Below are positions 56,595-64,000 of a DNA stretch of 64,000 nucleotides, piece after piece. The stretch is taken from NCBI RefSeq assembly GCF_009914755.1, contig NC_060936.1. One strand, given 5' to 3'. A program made the translations under genes and the position numbers. The notes under the pieces were generated by a model. The model was not told the DNA's origin, made no database searches, and saw nothing but the letters and a program-made list of their open reading frames with translations. Position 1 is the stretch's first letter. Every line of letters begins with the position of its first letter. Source of the DNA: the human T2T-CHM13v2.0 reference genome, Homo sapiens.

Positions 56595-57669
56595 AACAAT
56601 ATGAATGTCTAAAAATCAGGTACCGGGCTGTGTAAAGAACCCACGCAAAAGTAAGGCCTTGAAGTGGGGCTTTCAATGCCGCAAGACGAACCCTCCCCTA
56701 GATGTCCTCAGATGACTTCTGGAAAGAGATGGGACCAGGCCCAACACAGATAAGAAACGGTGGCTTAAAAACAAAATCAATTTTGGTCCATCAATTGCCT
56801 CATGAGAGTTTGTAAAGCTATATTCAATTTGTCAAGCCGCACATTTAGAAATCCAGTTCTTCTTTAAACTTCTAAGTGCAACTTACAAATCTTATTCATC
56901 TGTATCTAAAGCCTGTGGTTCTGAATGATCATTTTTAAGGGGACTTTTGCATTCAAGGTCTTCACGAGCCTCCTGTGGGATCCTCATAAGCACGTGGGTC
57001 CTTCGCTGTCTGAGCGGGAAGGGGCAAAGGAGGTGGCACCCTCTCCCCCATCGCAGATTGTAGTGGGGTGCCAGGGGCCTTCACTAGGGAACCCCAATCA
57101 ACGCCATTTTCATGTGGGGGAATGTCCCCAGAAAGAAAAGGAATTTTGTCCATGCTCTGAAAACCCAGCACAGCCCAGGGCCTGTTGGACAGCTTCCAAG
57201 ATGTGCCAGGATCTGAGAGGTTGAAGACCGGGCCTGGGGTCACTTAGAAAACCCCTGGCAGAGAGGGGACAGCACTGGGGATCAGTTCCCAAGCCAGGGC
57301 TGCTCAGGGGAAGATGGGCAGGAAAAGGCCAGGGGAACCTTGAAAAGCTACCTCATCTCCCTTCTCTAGGCCCTGGAGGGTGGATTAGGATTAGGCAAAG
57401 CAGTTCTGGGAGGCTGGAAGGAGGCCCTTCCTGTAGGCCTGTTTGCATAAGAAGCTGTGGTCAGTCACCTCCTTCCTGCAGGCTGGGCTGGGGCTGTCAC
57501 TATGTGCAGCTGACACGAACCTCGAAGCCGACTCTGAAGCTCTGAGACCAAGGCAGTGGTGACGGGAATTATAAACGCACCTCCCCCACCCCCAGTAGCA
57601 GGGCAGGAAGACTGAGGTCCTTAGAGATCACTTGCAAATCAAGACAATGCCCCTGGCTTCCTACAGCAG

Positions 57670-58040
57670 GATCTTGGCGCTGGGTTCAAACCCCAGCTCC
57701 TCCACTTATGAGCTGTGTGACCCAGGGCCAGGTACATGGCCTCTCTCTCTAGCCTTACTTTCCCATCTGTAAAATGGGGAGAGTGAGCGTCCCTACCTCT
57801 ACTTCCTATGGGGTTCTGTAGGACTGAAGTCAGCCTGGGCGACATGGTAAGACCTCATCTCTACAAAAATACAAAAAATGAGCCAGGTGTGGTGGCACAC
57901 ACCTGTAGTCCCAGCTACTCAGGAGGCTGAAGCAGGAGGAGCACTTGAGCCTGGGAGGTCAAGGCTGCAGTGAGCCAAGATCGCACCACTGCACATCAGC
58001 CTGAGCAACACAGCGAGACTCTGTCAAAAAATAAAAAAAA
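57670..58040 (+). mobile_element. MIR followed by a truncated AluJ
   Basis: CTGGGTTCAAACCCCAGCTC...CATCTGTAAAATGGGG, then Alu at 57830-58040. Confidence 0.75.
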
Positions 58041-58949
58041 GATTAAAGTAACACAATCCTGCTGTGTAGCACATAAAACACGTTCAAATAATAAGAGCTT
58101 ACATTTGTGAGCTGTTTCTACGTGCCAAGACCCCTGCTGAATTCTTTCACCTGGATTACATCAACCTAACAAGGAAGTACTATTAAGGACAACAGGCCTC
58201 ACGTAGGCCACGCTTCCTGCGCTGGAAAGAATTCTGCTAGTCATTACATTCACTCCTCATTCCTTTGTTCTTTCATTCATTCATTTATTCACTCATCCCT
58301 TCACTTGTTCATTTGAGCACTCTCACAGCACCTACTGTGTTACAGGCCCTGGACTCAGCACTTTGGCCAAGGAAAAAGGCAATCAGTTCCTGCCCTCCAA
58401 GAAGCCACAGTCTGCTGGGGTGAGGGGATGTGGGGGCAGTTATAATTCTGTGCTGTGAATGTTGGGATGGGGCACCCCCAGAAGGAGGCTGTGGGCCTTC
58501 ACGGGGCAGGAGACGTGTCTTGGAAATGTGGTCCACACTGAGGCCTCAGCAAAGCAGAAGCCAGCATCTACACACCTGTGTGAGTCCCACATAAAGAACA
58601 CAAAGATGACGTTGATGGCACTGGGTAGCCATCAAGAGGGCTGTTGAGCAGAGGCTGCTCACTAGCTCCTTTGAATGACCCTGCCAGGCAGGCACACTGA
58701 GGGCTTGTGCAAGGGTGCTACATATGAGGTCCTGGGGATGGGTGTGCAGGAGAGGGGCAAACAGGGTTTGGGGTGGCAGGGCAGGACCAACGGCTCACAT
58801 TTCTAAGCTGAGCCTGGGCAGGTGAGGCCTGGGAGGTAGGAGTCCGGCGCCATCAGCACAGAGAGGCCGCGCCAGCTCAGCTCCTGCAGGAGGAGGACGC
58901 TCCACCCACTCAACCATGGAGGACCTACTGTGTGCTGTCCACAGTGCTG

Positions 58950-59075
58950 GGCAACGGAGGCACTTGTTAGAAATGCAGAGTCTCAGGCCCCACCCTAGAA
59001 CTGCAGAAGCAAAACCTGCATGGCAGCAAGATTCCCAGGTGATTCGAGCACAGTCAAGTTGGAAAAAAACTGTTG
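58950..59075 (+). mobile_element. MER5A fragment
   Basis: CTTGTTAGAAATGCAGAGTCTCAGGCCCCACCC...GATTCCCAGGTGATTC. Confidence 0.75.
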
Positions 59076-59319
59076 TAGGGAATGCCATTTTAGTACGTCC
59101 CATTGTAAGCTTATGATGGGGTGCTAGGCAATGCATCAGGGCTCAGCGCCTAGAACCTAAAAGTGGGAGGGGCCTCCAACAGCCTCATATCCTCCTCCTC
59201 ACACAGCACCTGGGCCCCCACCACACTCAGATTAGACCCTCAGGATGGGGTGGAAGAATAGCCCCATTTGCCAAATGCCTGTGAACCCAGCTTAGAGCTA
59301 AACTGCCCTGCTTGCACCT

Positions 59320-60047
59320 GCTTTTTTTTCCCCCTAGAGATGGGGTCTCACTGTGTTGCCCAGGTTGGGCTCAAGCGATCCTCCAGCCTTGGCCTCCCAA
59401 AGTGCTGAGATTATAGTCGTGAGTCACAGTGCCCGGCCGACTGCTCATTTTTAATGCTCAAATCAAATCCCAAGTGACCATGCTCACTTTCCAGATGAGG
59501 AGACCAGCTCAGAGAAAGGAAGTAACCAGCCCGAAGCCACAAAGCCAATGGCATGAAGGATTCTAATACAGTTGGACTCCGAAGCCTGGGTTTTTGCCTC
59601 TGCATCTCTATGCATGTAGAATATGAACCTAAAGTTCACCACCCAAAGTTGGATGGATCTAACATCAGATGCATAACAATAAGTCCAAGGCAGTTTGTTA
59701 CAGGGCTGGGGGCTCCACTTGCTGGAAAACTGTCTTGAGGACAAAGGGGCTCTGCCTTCCCACATCCTCCACTGTGAGCTCCATAGCGGCTGCAGCTACC
59801 AGCGTAGGTACCAAGCACCTGGCGCAGAGCAGATGCTCATGAACTTTTTAAGAGACAGGGTCTTGCTCTGTTGCCCAGCCTGGAGTACAGTGGTGCACTC
59901 ATAGCCCACTGCAGTCTTGAACCCCTGGGTTCAAGTGATCCTCCTGCCTCAGCTTCCCAAGTAGCCAGAGCTACATGTGTGCATCACCAGACCTGGCTAA
60001 TTTTTAAATATTTTGTAGAGAAAGGGTCTTGCTATGTTGCCCAGGCT
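59320..60047 (-). mobile_element. Two partial Alus (59320-59440, 59845-60047)
   Basis: Reverse Alu arms. Confidence 0.75.
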
Positions 60048-60871
60048 GCTCATTAACTTCTGAAGGAACAAGCAAAGCACGCCCTTGACACTGTTTTCCA
60101 GCATCCAGTGTCCATATATGCCACCTCCCCGCTAGATCTCAGTGCCTGGCTGACTTGTGTCATGCTACACACTCCTCAGCCTATGGACCAAGGAGGTTTC
60201 ACCTTGCCCTGGTTGAAACCACCCGCCCTCCATCCCTGTCCTTGGAGGAAACTGACCCCAGGCCCCATGCCCTTATAGCTCTAGGGGAAAACATTTGCAT
60301 GTCTGGTCTTTGGCCATGGCGATTGGCTCAGACTCAGGCCCGTGACCCCATCAGAGCCAATGAGAAGCCAGGTGACTCTTCCGCTGGGCTCAGGTTCTCT
60401 CTCCTCCACTGGGCTTGGTGGGCAAGATGTCTAGAATTAAAGGTATAAATCTTAATTGTCTTTAAGTCGGCCTTGGATGCAATCAAACTGAGACCAGAGG
60501 CCACAAGAATCATGAGACCGTCAGAATCTGAGCTCTTGAAATTAAGAATGAAATATACTGGATTAACAATATGCCTGTGTTTAGACAAACAAGAGAAAGT
60601 GGACATTTATATGTCAGTTTCCATAAAACCTAGGGGAAATTTAAGTCTGTTTACCAAGAAGGAAGTTTCCCTGGAGTATTAGAAGGTTTGTTTCAAAGTT
60701 CCAACAAGCTGTAACCTTGAGACTCTGAATGCTTATTTTAGGAAACTACATCTGTTAGAAGTTTATGGTAGAAATTTGTTCAACTTGAAGCTTCCCCATG
60801 AACTCTGTGTGACGATCAAGTCACTGGCAAGGACCTCTCACTAACCCAGCTGTAAGTAACTCAAGCAGCAC

Positions 60872-61512
<641 letters not shown>

Positions 61513-61932
61513 CTAAAAGATTAACAAAACACAATGCAGAAGGTTGATTTTCCTTAACAGAAATTTGAGGCGGCCACCCCCATCTTGCCTGAGGCCAGAA
61601 CTAACCCTAAAGAAGGAGAGTCAAAAGACAGAGGTCCTGATGGCAGCCTGAGCCCCTAAGTCGGGCTGCACCACAACTGATACATCTTTGTGTGCCCGGC
61701 AGTTGGAAGGACCCTGGGATTTAACAGGACCTCCATATGTGTCTGAGATTCCAAGCACATTCCATCCGAGGAAGTCAGGGTGAGGCATGGGGTGGCTGAA
61801 GAGCCCTTCCTCGCTTCCACGATAGTTATAATTTATAATTGTGTGATCCTCATAGAAACAGAAGTGGTTCTTTCTTACTGTTTGGGAACATCTTGTCTTA
61901 GAAGAGACCAGAAGCATTAAAACAACTACAGT

Positions 61933-62251
<319 letters not shown>

Positions 62252-62326
62252 TCAAGAAAAGAAACAGGACAAGAAATTTGCAAGGGCATGGCCCCACCCA
62301 GCACCCAAACCCGCTGCCAATCTTAC

Positions 62327-62396
62327 CGAATGGTAGGCTGATCTCCACTCAGCTGCTTAAATCTCCGATGGAGCTGCTCGATCTGATCCGATGAGA
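62327..62396 (-). CDS. TESC: TESC (tescalcin/CHP3) coding exon 2
   Basis: Minus-strand CAG| acceptor and |GTAAGA donor; 70 nt. Translates (F)[22 protein letters not shown](R). Confidence 0.96.
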
Positions 62397-62719
62397 CTGA
62401 GAAGTGGGGGAAAGAGAGAAAAACAAGACAGAAAAAAAAATCACTGACTGTCAGAGGGAGGCTGCAGATATTCTTTTGCCCCATCCCCACTGGCTGCCAC
62501 ACCCCTTCTCAAAGCATCTCCCACCATGGCAAAAGCGAGTGCCGGGTGAAGCAGCAGAGAAAGGATTTCCCGTTCTTCCCAGAAACAGCTCTGCAGTCAT
62601 CAGTTCCAACTGCCTTAGTAATAATAATACAACTATTACTAATAGCTCCTGAGACAGGGCAGTCATGAAGCAGGCCATTCTCCCAGCCTCTGACCTTACC
62701 CAGCCCACTACAGAGAAAC

Positions 62720-62892
62720 TTTGTTTTCTGTGGCAGGGTTTCACTTCCATCACTCAGGCTGGAGTACACTGGCACGACCTCGGCATCTCAGCTCACTGCA
62801 GCCTCCACCTCCTGGGCTCCAGAGATCCTCCCACCTTGGCCTCCTGGGTAGCTGCAACTACAGGCAAGTGTCACCATGCCCGGCTAATTTTC

Positions 62893-62974
<82 letters not shown>

Positions 62975-62983
62975 ATATATATA

Positions 62984-63014
<31 letters not shown>

Positions 63015-63165
63015 GTATGTATATATATATATATTTTTTTTTTTTAGAAATACAGGGTTTCACCATGTTGCCTAGGCTGGTCTCAAACTCCTGGACTCAA
63101 GCAGTCTGCCCGCCTCGGCCTCCCAAGGTGCTGAGACTGCAGGCATGAGCCACCACGCCCAGCCT
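62720..63165 (-). mobile_element. AluJ with an expanded microsatellite in its middle A-rich linker
   Basis: Alu arms on both sides of the (TA)n tract. Confidence 0.85.
62893..63034. repeat. Compound (TA)n/(TG)n microsatellite
   Basis: ~140 bp of alternating TA/TG/CA. Confidence 0.97.
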
Positions 63166-63496
63166 AGAGAAAACTGCATCTGGTTGTCTGACTCTTCCTC
63201 TTCCACTCCAGAAGATGAGTTTTATCCTAGCCGAGAAAGGGGCTTTTTATAGTCACAGACTCAGAGTCAGATGAGTAGCGAGAGGAAATAAGGGTTCAGG
63301 CTGGTGTTGGACATGATCTGGGAAACCTACACTGAGAAATGTATGGAGAATCTGGTGGAGCAAAGAAATGGAAGGACTCCAATCTGGTGATGGGGTAAGA
63401 CCCTGTCTCTAAAAAATGCACAATATTAAACAATGATCTGCATTTCTCACTTCATTATCAAAACAACTCAATAAGTGAGTGGATATTATCTCAGGT

Positions 63497-63791
63497 ATTT
63501 TGTTTGTTTTGAGACAGAGTCACACTCTGTCGCCCAGGCTAGAATGCAGTGGTGCAATCTCAGCTCATTGCCACCTCTGCCTCCGTGTTCCAGCGATTCT
63601 CGCGCCCCAGCCTCCCAAGTAGCTGGGATTACAGGCACGCGCCACCACGCCCAGCTAATTTTTATACGTTTAGCAGAGACGGGGTTTCGCCACGCTGGCC
63701 AGGCTGGTCTTGAACTCCTGACCTTGAGTGATCCGCCCACCGCAGCCTCCCAAAGTGCTGGGATTACAGGTGTGAACCATCACGCCCGGCC
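63497..63791 (-). mobile_element. AluS
   Basis: Reverse full Alu; TTATCTCAG on both flanks. Confidence 0.88.
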
Positions 63792-64000
63792 GTTATCTCA
63801 GTTTTATAATTTGAAAACTGCAGCTCAGAGAGCACGTAAGATCCCACAACACACAGAGGCAGAGCTGGGACTGAACTCCAAGTCTGTGCGACTGACCCCA
63901 AAGCCAGCCTTCACCAAGAAGTAATATCGCCTGTCTGCCCAGAGTACTTTGGCACTCAAGGACTTTAGGTCTGGTTCCTGGGGACTATATACAGTTCACA

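Noticed and set aside
62665-63148. YI-repeat ORFs
   Set aside because: Translation of the (TA)n microsatellite and the surrounding Alu.

Overview
Human (or great-ape) genomic DNA that I recognise from the translated exons as the FBXW8/TESC locus (12q24 from memory). The + strand holds the last three coding exons and a ~3 kb 3' UTR of FBXW8, an F-box/WD40 substrate receptor of CUL7. The - strand holds coding exons 2-8 and the 3' UTR of TESC (tescalcin/CHP3); exon 1 lies beyond the right edge. The genes converge across ~7.8 kb. All ten exons have GT-AG boundaries, and their phases join into continuous reading frames. The rest is intronic or intergenic and repeat-rich: many Alus, old L1/L2/MIR fragments, an MLT1 LTR, and the DNA transposons MER6, MER85, MER58, MER5A and MER20. 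I found no new gene or clearly novel biological system. The most unusual signal is a cluster of local templated insertions and template-switch scars. These include a chimeric 252-bp insert copied from two sites 2.0 and 1.0 kb upstream, and an intron segment copied into the FBXW8 3' UTR. Also notable are an Alu with a ~46-bp target duplication, a poly(A)-only retro-insertion, a near-intact MER85, a 97-bp x3 tandem repeat carrying splice-acceptor motifs, and competing TESC exon-5 donors predicted to trigger NMD. Exon coordinates were counted base by base. Repeat boundaries and subfamily names are approximate and come from recalled consensus sequences.
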